Assembly: GCA_025603075.1 (NCBI GenBank)
Contig: MU626443.1
Span: 1-38,249 of the forward strand
Reading direction: 5' to 3'
DNA length: 38,249 nucleotides
Source of the DNA: Neoconidiobolus thromboides FSU 785
Lineage: Eukaryota; Fungi; Entomophthoromycota
The notes under the pieces are model-generated. The model was given only the letters and a program-made list of their open reading frames with translations. It had not been told where the DNA came from and did not search any database. Shown here piece by piece: positions 1-10,467 of this stretch. How positions within the stretch are numbered: position 1 is the stretch's first letter; every line of letters begins with the position of its first letter. The translations under genes and the position numbers were made by a program.

Positions 1-338
1 CTAGTTCCAGTAGTGGAGGTTCCAGTAGTGGAGGTTCCAGTAGTGCTAGTGCCAGTGGTAGTGGTTCTAGTTTTTGAGCAATAAGGAGGTTTAACAGTGA
101 CTACTTTGGTACCAGTAGAAGTAATCACTTTAGTAGAAGTGACTGTTTTAGGGCGACATGGGGTAGGACAATAACTCGGTTTTTTTGTCACAGTTGCTGT
201 CAATGTTTTAGTTACTTTCGAAGTAGAAGTAACAGTTCTTGGTCTACAAGGATTGTAACCACCGTAGTAATCAGCTGGTGAAGCTGCATTGAGGGCAGAG
301 AGTAAAAAAGTAACTGGAATGAGTATTTGAAATTTCAT
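1..338 (-). CDS. Secreted Thr/Val-rich cell-wall/mucin-like protein, 5' part only (runs off the window edge)
   Basis: Manual translation from the ATG at 338: MKFQILIPVTFLLSALNAASPADYYGGYNPCRPRTVTSTSKVTKTLTATVTKKPSYCPTPCRPKTVTSTKVITSTGTKVVTVKPPYCSKTRTTTTGTSTTGTSTTGTSTTGT. It has a signal peptide, two PC-(T/V-rich)-YC units, then TSTTG repeats (15-bp tandem repeat at about 1-60). A TATAAAAAGGG box lies at about 375-385 on the - strand. Confidence 0.85.
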   Translation of the reverse strand, partial: MKFQILIPVTFLLSALNAASPADYYGGYNPCRPRTVTSTSKVTKTLTATVTKKPSYCPTPCRPKTVTSTKVITSTGTKVVTVKPPYCSKTRTTTTGTSTTGTSTTGTSTTGT

Positions 339-977
339 TGTTGTTTTTGATAATGATTGTTACCATCATAAAGTCCCTTTTTATAGTTTATGGTACTAGT
401 AATTTTAAACACAAACATGGGCTTCTAAAAAGGGTCTATCTTTTTATTAAAATACATTTGATAAACTCAAGTTTACATTTAATAATAACATTTATTATGT
501 TCATAATCAGGCTTATTATTAGGGTAAAAAAGTATATTAAAAGAAGTTTAAGATTAGCAATAAAATGTATTATATTGATAAGCTTGCTTAACTTTATCTC
601 AAATTGTTCTTAATGTTTCTAATTTCTCTAATTTTAAGTTCAAAGTTCACTTTTGTTCTAATTTTAAATTGAAAATAAAGCATTGCAAATAAGTTGCATT
701 AACTTTAACTAAAAAATTAAAAAGGCTAAAATTTAGCTTTTCAATCACCAATTTTAAATTATGCCAATGAAATTTCTAGTTTAAATTAAATATCATTTGC
801 TTTTCAGATCATAAAAAATAAGGTTTTGAAACCTTTTAAGTTAATTTAATACTAACATGAAAGTATTTTAACGCTGTTATTTAAAGTAGAAAGTATAAAA
901 ATAGCTTTTTAAAAAGCGAAGGCTTGGTTTTGTATTATCTTATACATTGCACCCTCAACATGGTTATCTAAAATATG

Positions 978-985
978 TATATAAA
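978..985 (+). promoter_or_regulatory. Candidate TATA box for the 1062-1220 gene
   Basis: TATATAAA about 80 bp upstream of the ATG; weak evidence in such AT-rich DNA. Confidence 0.35.
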
Positions 986-1061
986 CCCTCCCAATATCTG
1001 AAATTTAGTTAAAAAACAATTGTTATAAACATAACTCAATTTGATCATATATAAAGAGAAA

Positions 1062-1220
1062 ATGAAATTCTTATCCGCCATTGTATTACTTGCTGCCTCC
1101 TCTCTTGCCCAAGGTTATGGAAGACCATGTAAAGACGTTACCAAAGTAGTTACCAGCACTACAGTTACCTATGTGACTAAAACAGTACAAGGCACCTGTC
1201 CTACAATTCCTTATTATTAA
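1062..1220 (+). CDS. 52-aa secreted Thr/Val-rich two-Cys peptide (not in ORF track)
   Basis: ATG 1062 to TAA 1220: MKFLSAIVLLAASSLAQGYGRPCKDVTKVVTSTTVTYVTKTVQGTCPTIPYY. It has a typical signal peptide, GC content above the flanks, and the same PC...CPT unit as the divergent gene at 1-338. Confidence 0.8.
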   Translation: MKFLSAIVLLAASSLAQGYGRPCKDVTKVVTSTTVTYVTKTVQGTCPTIPYY

Positions 1221-2045
1221 ATATTTAAATAAATTTGATTAAATCTGAATTTATTAAACTTAGTTTTTTAAAATAGCCTTATTTTTGCAAGATCTTGATT
1301 TTTAATCACAAATAATAAATACTAGATAAAAGGCCTATTTAATAATACTATTTAATATTACTATTCAATATTAATGCCAATTTAGAAAAGTTGACATTAT
1401 TAGGTTTTCGTACTATCGAGCTAAGATAAAAATCGTTATTTTTAAATATATAATAAACCTTTTAAGCATTTAAAATAAAATTGAAATCCATTTGAAAAAG
1501 TCTATATAAGGTGATGATTGTAATGAATAAACGATAAGATTTTTATTATTTGGTATATTTTTGTGTAATTTGATAGAACCAAAAAATGAACCCTGTCTCA
1601 CCATCGAGACAGACCTTTTAGAAAGCAAGTCAGTATTTCATTTAAATAAACCAGTTCAATAGCTTAACTTTATTATGATTTCAATTTACAGAAGACACAT
1701 CGAAAAAGTGTAATTTAAATTTAGGAACTAAAATAAAAATTTCATTCAATCGTTCAAAATAACAAAACATTATAAATATTACATCGAGCTAGTATTTTTT
1801 AGCTATTAAAATTAATTCATTGATATGGATACTGTAACTTGATATAAATGGAGCTACATACTAATGGCATTTGGAATGGTATTAAGTAGTATAAAACTTT
1901 TTATCAGAACAATGGTTATGATGACTATTACATCTTTTGTAAAAAAATTAACAGCTATTACAGTAAGAATAAGATTGACCAAGAAAAACTTAAATATAAG
2001 ATGGTATACAAAACTGACTTATTTATTTAAATAGAAATATCTTTC

Positions 2046-3635
2046 TTAGCAAGTTTTAACGTCAACTTCAGTGATACCGCATTTACCATACGAGTTTCTA
2101 CACTTCCATCCGTAGCTAGATTTAGTCCAGCATCTAGGAGTACTATAGTCTTTTAGGGTATAGCTACGTCCATAACTATCATAGCATTTCTCATTAGTAT
2201 CTGGGCATTTAGGTTTCAAAAGATCATCAAAACAAAGGGATGTTTCTGCTTGATTACTTTGACAAGAAGGCCCATTTTTATTGGTACAACTCCATACATT
2301 ATCAGATTTTGACCAACAAACAGGTGCTCTTGGATTACTTGCATAAAAAATAGAGGTACCATAACGACAATAATCATTTTTAGTTGGACATTCTGGGGTA
2401 ACTGGATTTGGTGGTGTAATTTTACACGTAGTAATATCGATTTGCCCGATGATAGAATCACATTTACCATTCAATCCATTTAAACACATCCAGGATCCAA
2501 AGGTTGATTTCGACCAACATTTTGGTGCTTTTGGATCATTTGCTTTAAAATAAGTAGTACCAGCATAGCAACTGTCAATAGCTTTTGGACAATCAGGAAG
2601 TGGAGGAAGGGGTATGTTACAGGATTTAATATCTACTTGGCCTTTAGAAGTATCGCATTTGGTATTTGAATTTCCTTCACAACTCCATCCTGAGTTAGTT
2701 TTTGTCCAACATTTTGGTGCATTTGGGCTACTTGCATCAAAAATAATATCACCAGTTTTACAGCTTTCACTAGCTTTTGGACATTCAAGTACTGGTGGAG
2801 TAGGTGGTGTCAATTTGCAAGTTTTACGATCAACTTGTCCCTTAGAAGCATCACATTTAGCATCAGAATTTCCTTGGCAAGACCAACCAGAAGAAACTGA
2901 AGATTTATACCAGCATTTTGGTGCAAAATCTTGAAAAGCAAGGTAAGCAATATCACCTATAATACAAGTATCATTATATTTTGGACACCCAGGCTTAAGT
3001 GGTATTGGTGGATTAGAATTACAGCTTTTAACATTTGCTTCGCCCTTTGATGAATCACAAGTAGCACTATCATTTCCACGACATGACCAACCAAATTGAG
3101 ATGATGGTGATTTTTTCCAACATTTTGGTGCATTTGGACTATCTGGATGATAAGCAATATCTCCAACTAAGCAAGAATCACTAAGTTTTGGACATTCTGA
3201 TACTGGTGGACGTGGCTCAAATTTACATGTAGTTACATCCACTTGACCTTTATTAGCATCACATGATTTTGGTACACTACCATCACAAGCCCAGCCTTTA
3301 GATGTTTTGAACCAACATTTTGGTGCAAAAGATTGATCGGGTCCATAAGCAATATCGCCAATTACACAGTAATCGGTCACTTTTGGACATTCGAGGACAG
3401 GCTGTTTACAGTTTCCAATGTCTACTTGACCATTGTATTCGTTACACTTGCCATTTTGTTTCACATTGCATTGCCAGCCATTGTAAGATTGGGACCAACA
3501 TTGAGGCGCTTTAGGATCACTGAATAAAAATTTAGAATAGCCTGATTGACAAGAATCTGTAGGCTTTGGACAGTTTAAAGTATAAACTTCAATAGTTAAT
3601 AGAAGTGGTAGTAGAAGATTAATAAAACCATTCAT
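2046..3635 (-). CDS. Secreted 529-aa protein with eight tandem 6-Cys repeats; function unknown
   Basis: Intronless ORF with a signal peptide. Eight ~60-68 aa units of consensus CP-x5-C-x2-G-x10-APKCW-x-K-x3/6-GW-x-C-x7-CD-x3-GQVD-x3-C, joined by Pro-rich linkers. Confidence 0.9.
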   Translation of the reverse strand: MNGFINLLLPLLLTIEVYTLNCPKPTDSCQSGYSKFLFSDPKAPQCWSQSYNGWQCNVKQNGKCNEYNGQVDIGNCKQPVLECPKVTDYCVIGDIAYGPDQSFAPKCWFKTSKGWACDGSVPKSCDANKGQVDVTTCKFEPRPPVSECPKLSDSCLVGDIAYHPDSPNAPKCWKKSPSSQFGWSCRGNDSATCDSSKGEANVKSCNSNPPIPLKPGCPKYNDTCIIGDIAYLAFQDFAPKCWYKSSVSSGWSCQGNSDAKCDASKGQVDRKTCKLTPPTPPVLECPKASESCKTGDIIFDASSPNAPKCWTKTNSGWSCEGNSNTKCDTSKGQVDIKSCNIPLPPLPDCPKAIDSCYAGTTYFKANDPKAPKCWSKSTFGSWMCLNGLNGKCDSIIGQIDITTCKITPPNPVTPECPTKNDYCRYGTSIFYASNPRAPVCWSKSDNVWSCTNKNGPSCQSNQAETSLCFDDLLKPKCPDTNEKCYDSYGRSYTLKDYSTPRCWTKSSYGWKCRNSYGKCGITEVDVKTC

Positions 3636-4611
3636 AGTTTATAATCTTAGGTTGTTTTCTTTTTGTTTTCTTTTTTTTTTCTTTTTGTCTTCCTTTTGTC
3701 TTCTTTTTATATTATCAGGTTTGATATTAATATTATATTTTAATTTCATGGAACTTGATATCATTATTTTGCTTGAACTTTAAATCTAAATATAACTTTT
3801 TTTCATTCAGCTGGAAAACATCTTTAAAATTATGATACTTAAATTCTATATTTAGGAAGTTTCGAAGATGTTTAAAAGTTATTTGAAAAGCTATTTAACT
3901 TTTTAAATGTAGTTTGTCACTTTACGTGCCTCTAAAACATATTTTGGAGGATATGATAATAAGTTAGTATTTATTTTTAGCATTTTATGAAAAGGATTCT
4001 AATATCAGTTTAATTAAATCTTATTTTGTTTTACTTAGTAAATGGGCATACTTTTTATTTGAAAATTTTTTCCAAATTTTAACTAAGCTGCTAAAAAGTG
4101 AACAGAGAGCTAAACATGGGCATTCCAAATAAATCACATGGATGGGTTAAGAGCCTGGTCGAAATCATCAATGTTAGTTTTATATTATGAAAGGCTTACG
4201 CCCCAAGTGTTTTGTAAAATTTTCCGCTTGAAATTGGTTATACAGATTTTGCTTTATATTAAATCAAAAATAGCAAAATAAACAAATATTTTTTATAATT
4301 CATACTACACTAACCAGAGCATTTATTCCATTTTATTAGCACATTTGTTAATTTACTAAAAAATTTCAATCATTTAATTAGTTTTGTTCAGCCCTGTAAA
4401 TTGAGCATTTTTCGTAACTTAAGTTTATAAGGTTCAAAGTAGAGATTTTGCTATTTAATTTATAGTTTATAAATTTTATCAAATAATATTATAATAAAAG
4501 AAAGACTCAAAAGAATAAAGCCCAAACAATAAACAAAATGACAAGAAATTAGGAGCAAGTTATAAGCAATAATGTAATTTTACTTCATAACTAGATTTAT
4601 TAAGTAACAAA

Positions 4612-5511
4612 TTAACTACAAGCAGTACTTGTCATATCTTGACCAAAATAATTTCCATGGTTAGCAAAACTTTGTTGGAAAATAGACACTGAATTGTAAC
4701 ATGTTGGATCTTCTAAAGTTTGATTAGTGCTAGTACAATAGCGAATAGGGTTTTCGATATTTCTATCATCAATAAATAATTCGTTTGCATGATGTTTATA
4801 ATCAAAAGTTAAGCTTAATGGCGTGTTAGGTATATCATCATTATATTTAACAGATCTAGCAGAAGCAATTGGTTTTTGGTTATACCATTTTGCAAAAGCA
4901 GTATCTCCAGTTCTAGGTTGACCATAAGTATACAATTCAAAACGATTCCAGGGGAGATTTAAGCTTTGTTGGACTGTAAATAGGCCCAAAGAAGCCATTG
5001 CACCACCTAAAGAATGACCAATGAATTTAATTTTAGATGCTTTATAAGTGTCTTGAGCTAATAATTCAGTTAAGGTAGCTATCATTCCTTGGGATAAAGA
5101 CTTCATTGATAAATAAAATCCAGCATGTACTTTAAAAAATGATGGAGCCTCAGGCTCAGATATAGGGATTGGAACCGTTGATATATCTACAAGATAATTT
5201 ACTATATTTTTAGATCCACGGAAGGCTACGATAATATCATTAGTATTACTGTCTACTGCTATATAACCGTTAGTGTACAAAAGAGAGTCATTAAAGCTTT
5301 TTATAAATTTAGTTGATGGCACATTTTGACATGGCTTACAATTCCAAGGGGTTAATTGGGTGATATCGCATGAGGTTGCAGAGGCATAAAATACATTTTT
5401 TTTAGCTTCATCAATTGGTGGACGCTGCATCTGCCCATTTGTATTAAATATGAGTCCAAACGGATTAATAAGCAATAGTAGTGATAAAGTGTTAAAAAAA
5501 TTGAAAGACAT
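4612..5511 (-). CDS. Secreted triacylglycerol lipase, class 3 (Rhizomucor/Rhizopus-type alpha/beta hydrolase)
   Basis: Signal peptide, IIVAFRGS oxyanion region, KVHAGF, GHSLGG nucleophile motif, YTYGQPRTGD, NDDIP (catalytic Asp) and HGNYFG (catalytic His). Confidence 0.93.
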   Translation of the reverse strand: MSFNFFNTLSLLLLINPFGLIFNTNGQMQRPPIDEAKKNVFYASATSCDITQLTPWNCKPCQNVPSTKFIKSFNDSLLYTNGYIAVDSNTNDIIVAFRGSKNIVNYLVDISTVPIPISEPEAPSFFKVHAGFYLSMKSLSQGMIATLTELLAQDTYKASKIKFIGHSLGGAMASLGLFTVQQSLNLPWNRFELYTYGQPRTGDTAFAKWYNQKPIASARSVKYNDDIPNTPLSLTFDYKHHANELFIDDRNIENPIRYCTSTNQTLEDPTCYNSVSIFQQSFANHGNYFGQDMTSTACS

Positions 5512-5970
5512 AATTCACAGAATTAATGATACTTTATTGATAAATATAATATATAGTTGTTATTATGCTAATTATTTATCATATTAAATGGTAATCTTGC
5601 CTTTCATATATAAATTAATATAGAGATACCTATAGTTGGCGCCTCAAACTACCTTATCATTGTAGTATATTAGAGTTAAAATGGTAATTCAATGATTAGC
5701 AATCAAAATAATTAGTAAATTAGTTGATTAAAAAAGTATTTCTAGTTAAAATTGATAATCTTATAATGTAATACCCCTCTTAGTTTTATTGTTATCTAGT
5801 TAAATTAGATATTTTATCATTATTTAGACAATTTTAATTATTACGATTATCTTGTTTTTTAAACAGTAGATCCACTTATTTTCTAAATATTTAATTTCAG
5901 TTATTAAAGTTCATTTGAACTTTAACTAGTTTCTGGAAAGAATTCAGATAGCATTTAAATGTATGAACAT

Positions 5971-6074
5971 GGGGACATATTTCTTCGTTCAAGAATTTTA
6001 TTAGTAGAACACTCTTTTCATTTAAACAGCGTTTAAAAAAATGAAAAAAGTGATGAAACCAAAAAAACATCCCC
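5971..6074 (-). mobile_element. MITE copy A
   Basis: GGGGAC...CATCCCC termini and the family internal sequence; flanks ACAT/ATAT. A degenerate partial copy follows at about 6078-6140. Confidence 0.8.
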
Positions 6075-6152
6075 ATATGTTTTTTTGCAAAGATTCTATT
6101 AACAACTCCTCTACTCAACAGCACTTAAAAAATAAACAAAACCAAAAGATGT

Positions 6153-6249
6153 AGGGATGTATTTTTATGTTTAAGGATTTTACTAACAATTTTCCCACTC
6201 AAATAATGCTTAAAAGATAGAAAGTAATGAAATCAAAAAAAACATCCCT
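6153..6249 (-). mobile_element. MITE copy B
   Basis: AGGGATGTATTTTT...AAAAAACATCCCT; flanks ATGT/ATAT. Confidence 0.85.
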
Positions 6250-7485
6250 ATATATTTAAATATTATGTAAACTAATGATTCTATAAACTAAATTCATTTA
6301 AAAAAATTTATATAGTTTTGTCACTAAATTTATCATCATCAGATACAAATATTAAACATATTTTATTATATTCATTATTAGAATCATTTAATATAATATC
6401 CTTTAGTTTGATTTTAATAATTGATAAAGATGTTTTTTTTTCAAGTAGTTTAAAAATTCCTTAATCTGATTCAATAAACAAGTATAAAGAATACAATCGA
6501 ACTTAGCATCGACTATCGTATAATCCTCTGTTGTTTCTTAAATCTTATATAGAGAAGTCTCAATGGAGCATTCTTTTGAAAGGCTAACGCTGACTAGTTG
6601 AATCTATCTTATAAAACAATCTAAATATGAGTTTAGTTAGGTCTGAGGGCATGATTGAGATGGTTGGAGTTAGGTCTAGGCATAAATAGGCCCACAATTT
6701 GTTAATACCCTACTGTTAAAATTGGCCAATCAATGCTGTTTAATTAAAAAGTACCTATCACTGAATTTATACTGTTAGTAAAGCATGCCAATTGTTTTAT
6801 CCAGTAGTCTCCATTTGATTTATAAAAACTATAAAAGAGCTTGTATATATTATCAATGATAATGATAACGCTCTTATCATTGATAATAGATGAAAGTATG
6901 TTTTGTAAAAAATAACACTTGGAAAAAATTCAATATTAAGTTCAAGCCAATTTAAACTCTAAACCCGTTTTTTTAAATAATACCAACTTTCAAAATAATA
7001 CCAACTTTCAACTACCAGAAAGCAATGTGAACATGGTAATTTTCAAGTTAACTTAAAAGTAAGTAGTATTTAAATTCATAACTTACAATTTAAAAAAAAA
7101 CGAAGGGTAAAAATGTTAAATAATCAAATGTTTGTATCTTTAATAAAAACATTCACATTTATATCAAGTTTAGTATTAATAATATAATGGGAAATACAGT
7201 TTACAAATGATAAAAATAGTAATAAGAGTAAGAATTAAAAACAATAAAATTTTACCAAAATTGTGATTAAAAAGTTTAATATACATCAAAATAAACAAAT
7301 GAAACTTAAAATTCTTCTGCTTTTAAATTTCAAATTATTAAATTAACGGAAAAGTAAACAATAAAGTATCAACAATAACTAAAAATCATTATATTAAATA
7401 AAAAAGAGAATTAAAATAATCAATTATTGAATTTCATTTCTTTTTATTTCTTTTAATATTTGATTATTATTATTTTACAAATATC

Positions 7486-8659
7486 ATGGACAATTATAGT
7501 ACCCTATGTAAATCGGGTTCTTACGCTATTTGCAATTTGTTTCTACCCACACTAGAATCGAGTTGTAAACTAGAGACAATAGGTGGTACTAAAAACTTAG
7601 GTATTATATACAATCAATTCAACTCACAAACAATCAACTAATCTTCAATTTATTAGTCAATGTCATTGTCACGAGTATAAGTTTAGCTATTATGGTAGGC
7701 TTATTATTAAGGATTAAACATAAGAAAGCAGCTGTTGGAAGAAAGGAAATGATTTTGCTTCTTTTATTTATATGTTTTCAATCTTTCTTTCACATGCTAG
7801 TAAGAGCTCAAGTGTTTCCCCAAGATTCAATTGCTAGTCTGGTAAGGTTTTGATTTTATGTTGCTAGTTGAATTGTTAATGTAAATTTATTTTTATAGAA
7901 ATTTTCTTCTTTCTATTTAGCTTGGACAACTTCTACTGCTTTCGTTCTATTGTTTAATGCCCTGGTTGGTAAGTAGTCTGTTTTAATAATAGTATTAATA
8001 GTATTAACATACTTTTATATAGCCTTTCAATTTTGGAGAGATGGAAGCAAAACATCAATTATTGTAATATTTTATATTAAAATAATAATAACTAATAAAC
8101 TAACAATTGAACTTTTTATAGACATTATTATTAATCTCTATTGGTATAATAAGTGGCTTAACTAGTTTTAACGTATTAAAATCAGAAGCTTATTTATTAA
8201 ATGATCATGAAAAAGATGAAACTTCAATTCAAGATGTAGCTTACTTTATATTTTACACAATCTTTCCTATATTAGCTATTTTATTATATTTAATATTACA
8301 ATTTATTTTGGTTATTCGTTCATTATCGGCTAGAAAGCCATTAAGTAAGTTGATATATAATTATATTTACTATTTACTATTTACTAATATATATTTTAGG
8401 CTTTTTATTGATATCATTTGTATTTTTGATTGCTGGTAAATGTATCGATTATTATGCTGGATTAAACTTATGTTTAGTATCTAAGGGGTTAATGGATGGT
8501 GCTCCATTTGATTCCATTTGCTTTACATTTTCAATATTATCTTTATTTAAATACTGGAATGATATAACTGAAGGTAAACATTATAATATAATGATTTAAT
8601 AACTAATAAATTAATAATGATTCATAGATGATTGGGATGATTTCAAAATAGCAGCATAA
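7486..8659 (+). CDS. CHS7: Chs7-family chitin synthase export chaperone (multi-exon)
   Basis: Spliced translation: MDNYSTLCKSGSYAICNLF...RIKHKKAAVGRKEMILLLL...NALVAFQFWRDGSKTSI...LQFILVIRSLSARKPL...LCLVSKGLMDGAPFDSICFTFSILSLFKYWNDITEDDWDDFKIAA*. The AVGRKE, FQxxxDG and KYWxxITE motifs match Chs7. First intron 7601-7656. Confidence 0.85.
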
Positions 8660-8732
8660 TTAAAACGATATTATTAATAATATTAATAATATTAATATTA
8701 ATAACAATAACAATAAATATAATTTATTACAT

Positions 8733-9515
8733 TTAAATACTAAAAATAGGAGGTCGACTATCAGGAGATCGAGTTTGTTTAATGTTCACAGAGTGCCTTG
8801 GGCTTAACATAGTAGGAGTAGGAGCAGCTATTGGGTTTAAATTTAATAATTGTTTGATATCAAAAATGGTCCTTTTAAATAAACTTATAAAACCATTGTT
8901 AACTCTTGTTTGATTTGTTGTATCTTCTTTAATTAATTTAATATTCTCAAATAAATCTAAATCACAATGAAAACTTAATGGGGTAACCCATCTTATCCCT
9001 GGTGAATCTAACTCATTATTCCTTTCTTCTTCAATAATTTGATTATCTTCTACAGTATACAATAAACTACAATGACTATCAAGAGGTCGACTAACTTTAA
9101 TTCCAGTTTGTTTAGTTTTTAACCTTATTGGCTGGTATAATACAATTTGATATAATTTATTGTTTATTTTAAAATGAATTGTATTTGCTATAGGCTTACT
9201 AACTAGTAATGCATAAAAGAAGCGATATAATTTAATACCACTGCCATTCTTACATTGAAATGTCAATTGATTTAAATTTTTATCATATCCTGTATAATTA
9301 AAGATGGAATCCATAAACCAGTGCTCTTCTTGATAGACTTTAATATTGATTTGACTATTTTGGAATCGTTTAGATATAGTTGTATGAATTAAACATGACA
9401 ATCGTGGATGATTCAGTTTTAAGAGTGAGTTATAACTAGTGATATCTAAATTCAATAAAATCATAGTAAGAATTTCATTTGGGAAATCTAATAAATTAAA
9501 AGCTGTCTTTTTCAT
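8733..9515 (-). CDS. F-box-like protein, 260 aa, intronless
   Basis: N-terminal LLDFPNEILTMILLNLD fits the F-box signature; no recognisable C-terminal domain. Confidence 0.7.
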   Translation of the reverse strand: MKKTAFNLLDFPNEILTMILLNLDITSYNSLLKLNHPRLSCLIHTTISKRFQNSQINIKVYQEEHWFMDSIFNYTGYDKNLNQLTFQCKNGSGIKLYRFFYALLVSKPIANTIHFKINNKLYQIVLYQPIRLKTKQTGIKVSRPLDSHCSLLYTVEDNQIIEEERNNELDSPGIRWVTPLSFHCDLDLFENIKLIKEDTTNQTRVNNGFISLFKRTIFDIKQLLNLNPIAAPTPTMLSPRHSVNIKQTRSPDSRPPIFSI

Positions 9516-10467
9516 TTTTTCAAAAAATTTATTAAAAAAAGAATGACTGTTTTCTTTATATATTATTTATACTATCAACCTTAAATTATTAGATAAAAAA
9601 GCATTTGATTTAATAACCAATCAAGGTCATCTGCTTCTAGATTCACTATGGAGAAATAAAACATGATTCAATCCACATGATACTGATATTAATATCAAGT
9701 GAGCTTAAGTAATTTATGAAGTTATGAGTTTTTAATAAAATAAAGAATGTCAAATATCTTTAATTTCTTTACACAATAATACTATAAACTTATTATATTA
9801 TCTATTAAAAATACTACTGTGATATTATAAACATAAGTTTTTTATTCATATTATGCTTTTGTTTTATGCTTTTGTTTTATGCTTTAAAATAGGGTTTTTT
9901 TGTAAGATAACTTTATACACCTGATCCAAATCCAATTAATTGCAACTTTCCTTATTATTCCAATTTATATGTAAATTCACCTCATTTTAGACTAAAACAT
10001 AATATTTAATAATACTTCAAATAGTTATAAAATATTCAAACCTGAAACTCTATAAAGCAGTATTATGTAAGAAACTATTCACAGTTTATTTGTAATTTAA
10101 ATTATTTTTTATAACTATTTCTTTAAAACATGAAGTAAACTAACACCCGCAATAATCAATTCAATCTTAAATTACGTTTCTATAAATAAATTATCAAGAT
10201 AAGAAAAAATAATAAATTATATTTTATATAATAGTAGTAATATTAAGATAGTATAAAAAATTCGATTTAATTTGGTTAAATTAATAAATTATTCAACAAG
10301 TATTAATTATTATTCAAGCTATAATTGAATTTAATTATCAACAAATTAAGCTTAAAATTAGAAATTCGATAGAATAGCCCATATCATAAAATATTAGCAA
10401 TAATGATTAAAAAAATAATATTTTATTATTAAAAAAACTATAAACTGAAAAAACGACTTATAAGAGA

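Noticed and set aside
338-613. 91-aa + strand ORF
   Set aside because: TTG start and low-complexity AT-rich composition; it lies in the promoter of the divergent gene pair.
1864-2034. 56-aa + strand ORF MAFGMVLSSIKLF...
   Set aside because: No motif, signal peptide or paralog in the window, and AT-rich like the intergenic background; cannot be supported without expression data.
2216-3527. ORF-track entries 2216-2470, 2614-2934, 2957-3166, 3320-3514 and 3333-3527
   Set aside because: Antisense or alternate-frame shadows of the Cys-repeat gene.
5897-6124. 75-aa ORF, and likewise 36371-36565
   Set aside because: Made mostly of MITE sequence, with non-ATG starts.
6480-6800. Possible second LTR family
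   Set aside because: Richer in GC than its flanks, but I found no clear TG...CA boundaries, TSD or second copy.
6976-7011. 18-bp direct duplication AATAATACCAACTTTCAA x2, and a 13-bp repeat near 9850
   Set aside because: Ordinary slippage duplications with no associated structure.
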